A stretch of DNA of 64,000 nucleotides from Octopus bimaculoides (taxonomy: Eukaryota). Position 1 is the first letter of the stretch. Each line of letters starts with the position of its first letter. Shown one piece after another: positions 12,785 to 24,403 of this stretch. The notes beneath the pieces were generated by a model, which made no database searches, was not told the origin of the DNA, and worked only from the letters and a program-made list of their open reading frames with translations. The stretch lies in the NCBI RefSeq assembly GCF_001194135.2, contig NC_068991.1, forward strand, positions 60,915,880 to 60,979,879. Direction: 5' to 3'. Position numbers and translations under genes: made by a program.

Positions 12785-13104
12785 GTATGTTCTAAGGTTT
12801 TAAGCTTATTCTTAACTTCAAAATTTATCATTGATCTTGTTAAGGTTGGTTCACTATAACATTATATTGATCTTAACATGATCAATATAATGATTGGTCT
12901 TGAAAGTTTTCACTTTTAGACCAAAAAGACATTTTCTTATGTATTTCTTTTTCCATGTAAAAGAAAAAAAAAGCAAACAAAACAAAAATCGTGATGAAGG
13001 AAAACATTTAAACTTTTCTGACCATAAGTTCATATTACCATAGGCCATAGCAGTAAAGATTTGAATACGTCACCCGCCAATCTAAAATGTAAAAATAAAA
13101 GAGG

Positions 13105-13220
13105 AGAAGAAGAAGAAGAAGAAGAAGGAGAAGAAGGAGGAGGAGAAGAAGAAGAAGAAGAAGAAGAAGAAGAAGAAGAAGAAGAAGAAGAAGAAGAAGA
13201 AGAAGAAGAAGAAGAAGAAG
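13105..13220. repeat. (GAA)n trinucleotide tract with GGA interruptions
   Basis: Directly visible; source of the poly-E ORF. Confidence 0.95.
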
Positions 13221-13721
13221 ATCATCAGCATCATCATCTACTGACGCCCACTTTTCATGCTAGCATGGGTCAGATGGAATTTGTTAAGGTAGATTTTCTA
13301 TGGTTGGATGCTCTTCCAATCACCAACATTCATCTGTTTCCATGCACGGTAATAATATACTTCCACAGAACCAGACATGTTTTTCCATGAAAGATTGGAA
13401 ACGAACAACATCACATGTATGACAATGACACTCATTTTACAACCATCAAGCGATGTCAGGGTACAAGGGGTACAAAGGTACATGTTCACAAACACACACA
13501 CATGATGGGCTTCTTTCAGTTTCCATCTATCAAATCCTCTTGCAAGACAATGATTGGCCTGGTGCAACAGTAGACACTTGCCCAAGGAGCTATGTAGTGG
13601 GACTGAACCTGAGACCACATGGCTGGGAAACAAACTTCTTAACCCACACAGCCATGACTTCAAAAATGATATTCTCAAAATGACTCAAAACTGAATGATG
13701 CATGAAGTAAGTATTTTAAAG

Positions 13722-13880
13722 GCAAGCAGAGTTCAAATTCTACCAAGGTCAACTTTACCTTTCATCCCTTTATCAGGGTCAATAAATGAAATACCAGTTG
13801 AGCTGTGGGGTTGATGTAATTGACTAGTCCCCTCCCCAAAAATTTCAGGCCTTGTGCTTTTAGTAGAAAGGATTATTATT
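13722..13880 (+). mobile_element. Family A SINE; further copies at 26580-26794(-), 35284-35473(+), 45385-45520(-), 59372-59683(-, tandem), 62040-62160(-), 63725-63880(+)
   Basis: Same head, body and tail motifs as 902-1925. Confidence 0.8.
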
Positions 13881-14050
13881 ATTGTTAGTAGAAAATCCAG
13901 CTCCAAAAAAGCCTCATGATGGTGAATGAGCACCAGCCAGCCAGCCAGCCAAAAGGTTGGGGTGGGCTGCACCTGCCTACCTCGGTTGCTATGGCATTGA
14001 GGTAGATCTGGCCACCCTCGTTAACAGGGACAAAACCCGGATTAAAAACA

Positions 14051-14082
<32 letters not shown>

Positions 14083-14102
14083 GGGTATAACAGTGGTTCT
14101 AA

Positions 14103-14218
14103 TATTATTTACATTTGATGGATATTTGTCCTCACCTTGTTTGTTGTTAACACAACATTTCAGCTGATGTCTTGGGGAAATTTCGAACCTGGGTTCTCAT
14201 TCCTAAGGTAATTTTTTA

Positions 14219-14277
<59 letters not shown>

Positions 14278-14330
14278 TCACTGCCTGGAATCAAACTACG
14301 AATCTTGGGGTTAGTAGCCCGCGCTCTTAA

Positions 14331-14372
<42 letters not shown>

Positions 14373-14546
14373 TAACATTGAAAAATACCTTAGGAATGAG
14401 AACCCAGGTTCGAAATTTTCCTAAGACACCTGATGAAGGCTGGAGAGTATATCAGCCGAAACACCATGTTAACAACAAACAAGATGAGGACAAATATCCG
14501 TCAATTGTAAATAATGTACATAATTCCTCATCTCTTAAATATAGAA
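14103..14546. mobile_element. Foldback element: Penelope-like tail arms + (TTA)n/(TAA)n + tRNA-like central loop
   Basis: Left arm 14103-14217 is the reverse complement of right arm 14381-14516, apart from a deletion of about 23 bp. The central 14274-14334 reads on the minus strand GGTTAAGAGCGCGGGCTACTAACCCCAAGATTCGTAGTTTGATTCC, which is tRNA-like. Confidence 0.75.
14425..14470 (+). ncRNA. Degenerate minimal type-I hammerhead ribozyme motif
   Basis: GACAC-CTGATGA-A-GGCTG(gagagtatat)CAGCC-GAAAC: the CUGANGA and GAAA boxes and a 5-bp stem II are intact, but the stem I partner is mutated in this copy. Confidence 0.55.
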
Positions 14547-14554
14547 GTGGTTCT

Positions 14555-14785
14555 GATATTCTTTTTTGCCTATGGACCCCTTCGTTTCCTGCTTTACTCT
14601 ACTGAACCTCCATATGCATTTGGGGTATATACAAAAAAAAAAAAAATCCTACAGTATTTTTGTAATTAAATATTATTAGGAATTGTATAAACGAAATGTA
14701 TCATAGAAATACAAGCAATTTACTGCACATAAATTTTATCAGCAAAATCTATGGACTCCCAAAGACCCCCATGGATCCCCTGGTG
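14555..14785 (+). mobile_element. Decayed MITE, related to 24000-24560
   Basis: Shared GGACCCC...TATTATTA(GG)AATTG...TGCACATAAATTTTA(T)CAGCAAAATCT blocks in both loci. Confidence 0.5.
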
Positions 14786-15104
14786 TATATTTTTCAGTGT
14801 ACCTGAACGGTGGGTTCACTGTTATTGAGGAACCAAGAAACCAGCTACATGAGATGTAATATCATTCAGGAATGCTTACTGGTTGACTGACCAAATTGCT
14901 AAACCCCCGTAATGTGGTGGTGATAATGTAAAGTGTTTATACTTGAGATGAGTTGACTGGAGCTGAAGACAAATGCATGATGAGAGCAATTCCCTTATTG
15001 ACTTCCTTCAGGAAATAATGTTTTCTTCTGTTGTTGTTATGTGGGTGATCAAACACCACTGATATGAAATTTAATTGTCTTATGATGAAGGTACATATCG
15101 CAGA

Positions 15105-15380
15105 TTAGACAGAGAGAGGGGTGAGAGAGGGAAAGGGAGAAAGAAAGAGGGGTGAGAGAGAGAGATGAAAAGAGAAAGGAGAGAGATGGGGAGAGAGAGG
15201 AAAGAGAAAGAAAGACAGAAGAAAAGTGGTGGTAGGGCAGAAAAAGAGAGACAGAGAGAGGGAGAGAAGGAGAGAGCAAAGGAGGGAGTAGGAAAGAGAC
15301 AAAGAGAGAGAGCAAAGGAGGGAGTAGGAAAGAGAGAAAAAGAGAGAGTGAGAGAGAGCAAAGGAGGGAGTAGGAAACGT

Positions 15381-15416
<36 letters not shown>

Positions 15417-15475
15417 AAAGGAGGGAGTAGGAAAGAGAGAAAAAGAGAGAGGGGAGAAGGAGGGAAAGAGTCAGC
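15105..15475. repeat. Purine-rich low-complexity tract with 4 copies of GAGAGAGCAAAGGAGGGAGTAGGAAA; similar purine tracts at 33190-33450 and 56945-57300
   Basis: Directly visible. Confidence 0.9.
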
Positions 15476-16174
15476 TAACTGATCTAATTAACCTAACTCA
15501 CAGGTGAGATTTAAAGGTGAGAAATGGATTAGGGCAAAGTGACTTGGACCTAAGTAATCAAATACATTCAATCTATCTCAGGCTATGTTTCAATAACGAA
15601 TACCATGATGATGATGATGACGATGACGATGGTGAGGAGAAAGATGATTGATTAGTAATAATTAGTGGAACTGTAAGAAGACTAACAACATACCAAGATA
15701 GCGTGGTATATTGGTTGGACTAAAAAACATTTTCAGTTGAAGACTTCAGTTACTAATCTAATTCACCTTCATTGTCATTATCATCATAATCTAACGTTTG
15801 TATTTCTCATCATTTTATTGTAAATTTGTTTTGTTTTTTCGAGTTATCAAGGAAACTTCTATGTGATCATTCAGCCAGCTAGAAATAGTAGCCAAGTCAC
15901 AAACTACCGTCTTAAAAAGAGTGACACTGGATAATGTAGTCCTAGATGTATTGTCTTTTACCTTTTCTCGTTATCTATAACTTTATTATTATCATTAGAC
16001 TGCGACCATGCTGGGGCACTGCCTTGATGAATGTCGTTTTAATTGAATGAATCAGCTTTAGTACTTCTTTACTTTTTTTTAAAGCCTGGTACTTGTTTTA
16101 TCAATCTCTTTTGCTGAACTGCTATGTTATAGGGACATAAAAACAGCAACACTGGTTGCTGGAAGACAAGCACA

Positions 16175-16267
<93 letters not shown>

Positions 16268-16999
16268 GTGTGAATCTTTGTGTCTGTTTGTCCTCTACCA
16301 CTGCTTGACAGCCAGTGTTTGTCTGTTTACCCTCGTAACTTAACAGTTTGCCAAAATAGCTCAATAAAATAAGTACCAGGCTTAGAAAAATTTTAAAAAG
16401 GGTTGACTCATTCAGCTAAAGTGAAAAGAAAATTCTTCAAGGTGATACCCCAGCATGACTGCAGTCTAATCACTGAAACAAGTAAAAGATAAAAGATAAC
16501 CCTTTGAGTCCTGACCTCTTTGGTACCATTTGATCCTGCGCTTGGGCTCCTGAGTCCTTTGTGCCTATTTCTAATAGAGATTAGAAGCAAGGCTGTCATA
16601 ACAATATATATATGATACAATTTCTATGTTGCCATTATGATACAAAAAAAGACATGCAAGCACTCTATATGTACTTACTAATGATTGGTCAATCAAAACA
16701 GGATCAAAACAAGCATAATCAAGCATGCTGCACTGAATGACCCTGCACTGCTTTCCTGGTGCTACAGCATGTGCCTGCCTACCATTACCACTGCAATACT
16801 GGTGTTATGGGTTCTAAGAGTTAAACATCACGGTATCAGCCAGACTATCAGATGTTGGTATGCATCACTGGTCACAATGCGCTTCACATTGTTTTAGCTT
16901 TTGAATGGTGCCACCCCACTGGCTAGGCAAGTAGGCCAACATTTTTTCTGATTGGAAGGTCATTTCATCACAGAGTTCCCCATTTACAGCTGAGTCGTC

Positions 17000-17200
17000 A
17001 TCGGCACCATTTAATGTCCTCTTTCCATACTGGCATGGGTTGAATGGTTTGACGTATAGCTGGAGGTTTCTATGGCTGGATGCCCTTCCTAACATCAACC
17101 ACTTAACAGAGTGTGCTGGGTGCTTTTTACAAGCCACCTGCATGGGTGCATTAATGCAGCACTGGCACAAGTGCTTTTTAAGTGTCACCGCCATCTGAAA
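17000..17200 (-). mobile_element. Family C repeat (RTE-LINE-type 3' end with (ATG)n tail); other copies at about 23160-23480, 25270-25760, 26840-27100, 27860-28000, 31915-32330, 34465-34680(+), 41690-41900, 43020-43260(+), 45965-46135(+), 49675-49950
   Basis: Shared (CAT)n-TTAACGTCCGTTTTCCATGCTGGCATGGGTTGGAC...TTTCTACAGCTGGATGCCCTTCCTAATGCCAACCACT...GGGTGCTTTTTACGTGCCACTGGCAC. Confidence 0.8.
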
Positions 17201-17855
17201 GTATGAACCTGTATGTGTGAAAGACAGCGATTTTAGTTAGCTTGAGGTCTCTTATCAAATATTACAAACTGCCACATTTCCCAGTCCCTTGGTGATTTAC
17301 TATACAGGAAAAAAGTGAAATGAAGTATTTTGCTGAAGAACACAATGTGCCATCTGATCTGGGAATTGAACACATGATCTAGCAATTGTGAGAGCAACAC
17401 CCAAACCATAAATGCATATAAAACAATATCATGTAGTCAAATACATGTACTGGATTGTATAAAGATTAAGACAGATAAGCATTTGCTAAATTTAGAAGAA
17501 AGCAAAATGTACGAGGCAATGAAGATCTATGATGTAAGCTCTCCAAGAAACTTATATTTTTACTATTTTAACTGAGGCAGTGAAATCTGGTGTACTTTAG
17601 AAGTTGGTTTCCATATTTACATTTTGTGGCTTATTCTATATTTTCTTGATGCTTTTGTTAGAAGCATGCTTAATTAATCTTGGTTTAAATTAAATGATAT
17701 TTTGTTGATTGGATTTTTAAAATGTTTCCATATACTTGTTTAAAAATCCCACTTTTATTTTGATTCTGAATAATAAAAACAGCCACACCTAAATAAACTG
17801 TTTGCAATTGGCAAGTGAAAGAATTCAGAGCAAAAATTTCAATTTATATCAATAT

Positions 17856-17893
<38 letters not shown>

Positions 17894-17918
17894 GCACGCN
17901 NNNNNNNNNTATCAATAT

Positions 17919-17950
<32 letters not shown>

Positions 17951-18289
17951 TTGGATGGGAATATAAAATAAGATTTCAGATTAAATGAAGTTAAAGATAA
18001 TTAAAATTATATCTAGTCATTTCTTATAAAACAGGAATATTTTAAAATATTTCAAACAGTTTAATTAAAAGAAAATTTGTTAACTTAATTAAAAAACCAG
18101 AAAAAAAACCCCCAATTATATTTACACTTGACAAACATAAACGATGAATTAAGATTCATTTAATGCTTGTTTTAATTCAAGTTAAGAAATTAGTAAGAAA
18201 TTATATTATAGACATATTTATTAAGTATCAGGTTTCCTTAAATTACAAGCAAGCGCCAACTCCTTGTACAAGATGTTTTCCTTAGCGTA

Positions 18290-18590
18290 TGTGATGGCAT
18301 ATCGTGGTATCAACCAGACTATTGGATGTTGTTATAGATCGCTGGTCACAGTGTGCTTCTCATTGTTTCAGCTTTTGAATGATGCCACTCTACTAGTTAG
18401 GTGAGCAAGCCAACAGTCTCCCTGATTGGAAGGCTAGTCCATTGTAGGGTTACCAATTTACAGCTGAATAAATGGGGGCAACATGAAATGAAGTATTTTG
18501 CTCAAGAACACAACATGAATCAATCTGAGAATTGAAACCATGATCTCACAATCATGAGCACAACACCCCTGGCCACTAGGCCACAAGCCT
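18290..18590 (-). mobile_element. tRNA-derived SINE of another family; related copies at about 16790-17410 (split by family C), 31050-31390 and 60810-61160
   Basis: tRNA-like head in reverse (GAATTGAAACCATGATCTC...ACCACTAGGCCAC) and the block AAATGAAGTATTTTGCTCAAGAACACAAC. Confidence 0.65.
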
Positions 18591-19206
18591 TCAACATTTG
18601 ATGGTGTATAAAACACATCTCCCCGCAACCACCAAAAAAAAAAATTACCTCATGTCCTATATGTGAAGTTGGGCATCCCATAAAATACTTTAATGCACTG
18701 CAAACTGTTTCTTGAATACATGCAGCTGAAAATGGGGTGTGTTTAAAAAGTCTGTGTGTCTTTCGTGCCATCAAAGATGATAAATTTTGGAAACTAAGTT
18801 ATCAAGTAAAAATAAATAATCAAGTCACAAAATTATGACTTAACCAAACAGTAACTTGCATGCATGTGAGTGTGTGTGTGTATGAGTGTGTGTGTGTATG
18901 ACAGTGTATGTGTGTATGACCACGTATGTACGTGTGTGTGTGTGAGTGTGTATGACCACATATGTACGTGTGTGTGTGTGTGTATGACTGTGTATGTGTA
19001 TGACCGCGTGTGTACGCGTGTGTGTGTGTGTATGACTGTGTGTACACATGACTGTGTGTGTGTATGATATGAAAAGATAAAGAAGAAGAGGAATCATAAG
19101 GTAAAAAAAGGAGACAGAAGATGAAAATAAAAGATAGAATAAGAAAATACACAATACAATTATATATATACGTAAATATGTATGTGTGTGTGCATGTCTG
19201 CATATG

Positions 19207-19239
<33 letters not shown>

Positions 19240-19299
19240 GTGTGTGTATGCACGTGCATGTGTGCACTTTTGTTCTTTGCTTTCTAAATACAAGTGAAA

Positions 19300-19600
19300 G
19301 CTTGCTTCTTAATGATCTTCTGCTTTTCTCCATAATATTGAAATAGTTCACCTGCAAGTGGTCGAGCTGCCAAATCATAGCATTTGCACTCGACATTAGC
19401 AAGATGTTTGGCAAAGTAAAACATTACCTTTCCTGAACTGACTTGTCTTGCTATGGAATCTATCCAAACTTTTCCAAGCTAGTTGCCAGAATTCCTTACA
19501 TAGATAACCTACTGCAATTGAGTCCTTTAAAAACCTCGCCACTTCCCCAATTTCCTCCAGGTTCATCAGTGCTAATATCAAGAGCTATTGACTTAACTGT
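19300..19600 (+). pseudogene. CR1/L2-group LINE reverse-transcriptase relic
   Basis: Translation AFALDISKMFGKVKH...SCYGIYP...PQFPPGSSVL matches RT motifs ALDISKAFDRVWH, SYG..P and VPQGSVL. Confidence 0.75.
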
Positions 19601-20020
19601 AAACTTCACATTTTTTCCCCTTAATTTGCTTCATCTCAACCTGGCTCTTTCTTTCTTTTATTTTGGACAAGACACTCTATTTTCATCCAATTAACAGCAT
19701 TTCCTGCATTCTCTCAAAAGTTACTGACAAAAACAATAGCTGAGATTTCAAAAGTTAAGCTTAAAACTATGACCAGCCCATGGGTGGATCACCACTATCA
19801 CCATCATCCTACTCAATGGCTTTTATTTTATTCAACACAGTGGGAGTAGGGGTAGGTGTGGCTGTGTTGTTAAGAAGTTTGCTTCTCAAGCACATGATTT
19901 TGGGTTCGGTTTTGCTGCATAGCACCATGAGCAAGTGTCTTCTATTATAGCTCCAAGCCAACCAAAAGCCTTGTGAGTGAATTTAGTGCATGGAAACTGA
20001 CAGAAGCCCATTGTATGCAT

Positions 20021-20054
<34 letters not shown>

Positions 20055-20989
20055 TTATCTTTTTGCCTTGGTACTGTGGGATACTTGTAAACAAGTTTCA
20101 CTGTCATGCATGTAGTGTCCTTTGTTTAGCCATGGGAAAATATTACTTTATTTGGAAACAAGTGAGGGTTGGTGACAGGAAGTACATCCAGCTGTAAAAA
20201 AAAAAGTTGCCTCAACTAATTCTGTCCAACCTTCACAAGCATGAAAAAAAATGGACATTAAATGATAATAATGATGATAATGATGATGATGATGATGATG
20301 GTGATGATGAAGAGTATCTATCCTGCATCCCTGTTACACAAGCAGAGACATTTATTTTTGGAAAAACATGTCTGGTCATGGGGAAATATCACCTTGCTGA
20401 AAACAAATGAGGGCTGGCAGTATGAAGGGCATCCAGCCATAGAAAATCGGCCTCAATAATCTCTGCCTGACCTATAAAGTCTGGAAAAATGAACATTAAA
20501 ACAATGATGGTGATGATGATGATGAAGTTCAAATTTTCCCCATTGACAAATCTGGCATTTTTAAACTAGCAAAAATAGGGAAAAACAAAAGACAAATTCT
20601 CCCTCACTTAACACCATCTTAGGGCCTCCATTGGTCAATATTGACTAGGCACTTGTATATGTCTGCACAGGCTTGAGCAAGATTGTTTGAAGAAGACTAG
20701 CAGTTATTCATTCAATCACACCTACTTCCATAAGCAACTGTGGTGATTCATAATTGCTGTATTAAAGGAAACCAACCAAATATTTTAATAACTAAAATCT
20801 TACTTCATGGTTGTATTGTACATGTTTGAAGAGCTGTAAGTTCATTTAACCTTAAACTGACATCCACTAGCGGCTATAATGAATATGACAATGATGTAAG
20901 TTAGTGACCTAAAATTAATTATATAGCATTTTAATAAAATTTCTTCAATTGAATTTGTAAAATTCTTCAATTGAATTTTGACATCAGAA

Positions 20990-22960
20990 GAACTATGAAG
21001 ATGGAAAATGTGCAAAAGGTGAAAAAAGGGGAAGAAACCATTAATAAGAATCTCAAAATGTAGAATGAGTTGCAAAGTTTTAAGAAGGTGAGTGGAAATG
21101 AGAAGCATCAGGTGTTCTTTGCACAAGACAATATCGTTGACATTGTGATAAGAATAGATAATGAGTTAGTTGTTGTTGACAAGTTGTAGTAGATACAGAC
21201 CAAAGGAGAGTTGAAGGAAATGAATGAGAATTTGATGAATGGAAACACGAATAAACAATAAGATGAATGAATGATAGAAAAGGGTGAGAGAGAGGAGGAC
21301 ACTTTTACATGTATAAAAACAAAAAAAAAAAACGTAATGCAAAACAAACACATCAGTACTGGTCTTGAAGGAAAAAAATGTTGCAATGGCTGCCCTTATT
21401 CTCAGTTACAAGGGAGAAGATGGAAAATAAGAATAAATGAGCAAAGAGGACTTTGTCCCTTGTGCAACCAACAGAGAGGGTTAGCAGCAAAAAAAAAAAA
21501 AAAAATGAAGAGAGAACTTCTCTGTAGTAAAACCAACTAAGGAGTTGAAGAATTAAAAAAAAAAACAGTTGCTAAGATGTTGAAAGCATCAAAATTGGTT
21601 AAAATGGTAATCTTTAACTAAAGTAGTGGTGAAGGTGGTGCTTTGGCCCAAGTTAGCCCTCATTCGACAGACCTGTTATGATCAAAGATGTTTACAGCCA
21701 TGATCATCCTGTTTTTTATTCAGATGTGTTGTATTTAAAATAATATAATCCTAAGTGTCATTTCATTTTTAATGATGTAAGACATGATTTGAGGAAGATT
21801 TGTCTGCTATTTTTAGCAGGTTCAACAACCCTGTTCAACCTGCGAGATGTCAGTATTAAGATGTGCATCCTTTAAAACACCATCACCATCATTTTAATGT
21901 TCATCTTCCCATACTTGCATAGGTCAGATGAAATTTGTTGAGGCAGATTTTCTATAGCTGGATGCCCCCCCCCCCTTCATGCCACCAATCCTCACCTGTT
22001 TCCAAATAAGGTAATATTTTCTCATAACCAGACATGTTTACAAAGAACACCGGAAAAAAAATTACACCACACGTAAATGGTGACACCCATTTACAAATAT
22101 CAACAGTGTCAAATACAAGAAGACAGTAACATACACATATGTGACAGGTTTTTTTTCAGTTTCTGTCAACTAAATCCATTCACAAGGCTTTGATCAACCT
22201 GGGGCTATAGTGGAAGACATTCGTCCAAGGTAACAGGCAATGGAACTGAACCCAGAACTATGTAGTTAGAGAACAAACTTCTTCCTGCACAGCCGTGCCT
22301 ATGCCTACTCTTCGTCTTTATGCTAACTCTTGAGGAAATCCCCAAAGAGTTCAGGCAGTTCTTCTTATGTTGGCAAGGTTCATATGCCAAAGATCTGTTT
22401 TGTACAGACAACTCTAAGAATTATTTAAAAGAAATAAAAAAAAAAAAGAATGAAACTAGAATTCAAAGAATTGACGGTGAACACAAGCAAGTACAAGATA
22501 TTGTTTTGGAGAAGGAATACAAAACGTGAAGTGAACATCATAAAAGTATTACCTGATGTGGAGCAGGTGAGTGGAGGGTGGTGGTGAGTGGTTAAGAACT
22601 GAGTAGAAGATTGTCAATGAAAGCAATGAGTTCACAAAGAAATGCGAGTTGAATCTTAAGATATTTCAAAGAATTTCAATGCATCCCTTTCAGTGTGCCA
22701 GAAAATATGAATAGTTTAATCACTGATTGATCACTATTTTGAGGACATGTCATTTAGGTTTGAAGTGGAGGAGCCAGTGGTAGGAATTGGCTGATGTTAG
22801 AGAAGGTAGCAGGAACCGTTTTGAAAACAACTTCCTTTGCTTCAAACAAAGGATTTCTTTTCTCTTGTAAAAAGAGCAGACTAAATGAAAATATATGTAC
22901 AACAAGTATGATGTTGCATGATAATAAAACATGGCTGAACGAACAACACAGAAGATATGT
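20990..22960 (+). pseudogene. Decayed RTE-clade LINE ORF2 (linker, RT, C-terminal part), interrupted by SINEs at about 21640-22300
   Basis: The motifs are colinear: NEKHQVFFAQDNIVDIVIRIDNELVVVD (EN-RT linker-like), ILSYKGEDG (~IV..YKGKGD), LEEIPKEFRQFFLCWQGSYAKDL (~LEAISREFRTGCPWELLYADDL), KLEFKELTVNTSKYKIL (~GLESKGLRVN..KTKV), SKKSRLNENICTTSMMLHDNKTW-like (~KGRLY.ACVRS.MLHGSETW). Many stops and frameshifts. Confidence 0.75.
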
Positions 22961-22969
22961 ATACATACA

Positions 22970-23009
<40 letters not shown>

Positions 23010-24110
23010 TATTTATATCATATATATATATATATATATATGTGTGTGCTGAAAAGTTGGATTTGAAAAGCTTTACATGTATTGCTGAATATTAGTGAAA
23101 TACGAAAATGACTGGATTGACAAATTATGAGAAAGTGCTGACTATACTGATACAATAACCATCATCATCGTCATTTGGTGGCCTTTTTACAAGCTGGCAT
23201 GGGTTAGACGGTTTGGCATGAACTGATGAGCCAGAGGGCTGCACCAGTTTCCAATGTCTGCTTTGGGTATGGCTTCTACAGCTGGATGCTTTTCCTATTG
23301 CCAGCCACTTCACTATATGTACTGGGTGCTGTTTTTCATGACACCAGCACTAGTGAGGCCACCATGTATCCACATGATAACAACCCTCAGTTCAATAGTA
23401 TTGAGGTATATGAAGGATGTTAGAAGGACAGGAGCATGCATCTTGCTGAAGAGGTGAATACATGGTTTTCCCATCTTTTACTGCACTGCTAAGTTACAAG
23501 GACATAAACACACCAACACGGGTTGTCAAGTGGTGATAGGGGACAAACACAGTCACAAAGATACACACATAGATACATACACACACACAAATATATATAT
23601 ATATATATACATTGGGCTTCTTTCAGTTTCCATCTACCAAATCCACTCACAAGGCCTTGGTCAGCCTGAGGCTATAGTAGAAGACACTTGCCCAAGGTGC
23701 CACACAATGAGACTGAACCCAGAAAGAGGGAGAATAGAGATAAAGGGGCGAGAAAAGGTGGATGGGCAGGTAGGTAAGTGTGCTAGGGTGAAAAGAGTGC
23801 AACAGACAATTAGAGATGGTGGACAAAGTGAATATCAATTTGGAGAAGAAGTGAAGGAAAGGAAACAGGAGTGAGTCAAGAAGGAGGAAGAGGTAAATAA
23901 CAGTAGTAGGGAGTGTAGGGGAATGAGTAGTATTATTTACAACACCTGAATGAGTAGTGCCATTGTTAGAAGAGTGATGGAGGGACATGCGTTAAACCAA
24001 TGGTGTTGCCAACGGACCACTTTGATTCGTATTTTACTTTACTGGACCCCTACTGCCAATCTATCTTTAAATAAAACCCTATTATATCTTTATAATTGAA
24101 TATTATTAAA

Positions 24111-24403
24111 CAATTGCAGCATGGAAGGTATTTACAAGCCATTTAAGAAACACACAAAAACCATTAGATTCACTTCAACATTTAAATTTAATTTGCCAAA
24201 ATATTTTCTTCGCTTTGAGACTGTGACCTGTTCATTGACAAAATTCCGTGCAGCATGGAAAATTCCGGAATTTTGTCAGTGAACAACTCGTGGTCTCAAA
24301 GTGATGAAAATATTTTGGCAAATTAAATTTAAATGTTGAAGTGAATCTAACGGTTTTTGTGTGTTTCTTAAATAGCTTATAAACACTTTCCACACTGCAA
24401 TTG
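24111..24403. mobile_element. Foldback/palindromic MITE with 138-bp arms and a 17-nt spacer
   Basis: 24111-24248 is the reverse complement of 24266-24403 with mostly transition mismatches (roughly 88% by eye). It is nested in the MITE at 24000-24560. Confidence 0.85.

Noticed and set aside
13061-13390. Poly-Glu ORF
   Set aside because: It is the (GAA)n tract fused to a family E repeat.
24260-24325. Hammerhead-like layout in the foldback arm (TTTGTCA..stem..GAAAATAT..TTGGCAAA)
   Set aside because: There is no CUGANGA box in either arm, so only a GAAA and stems remain.
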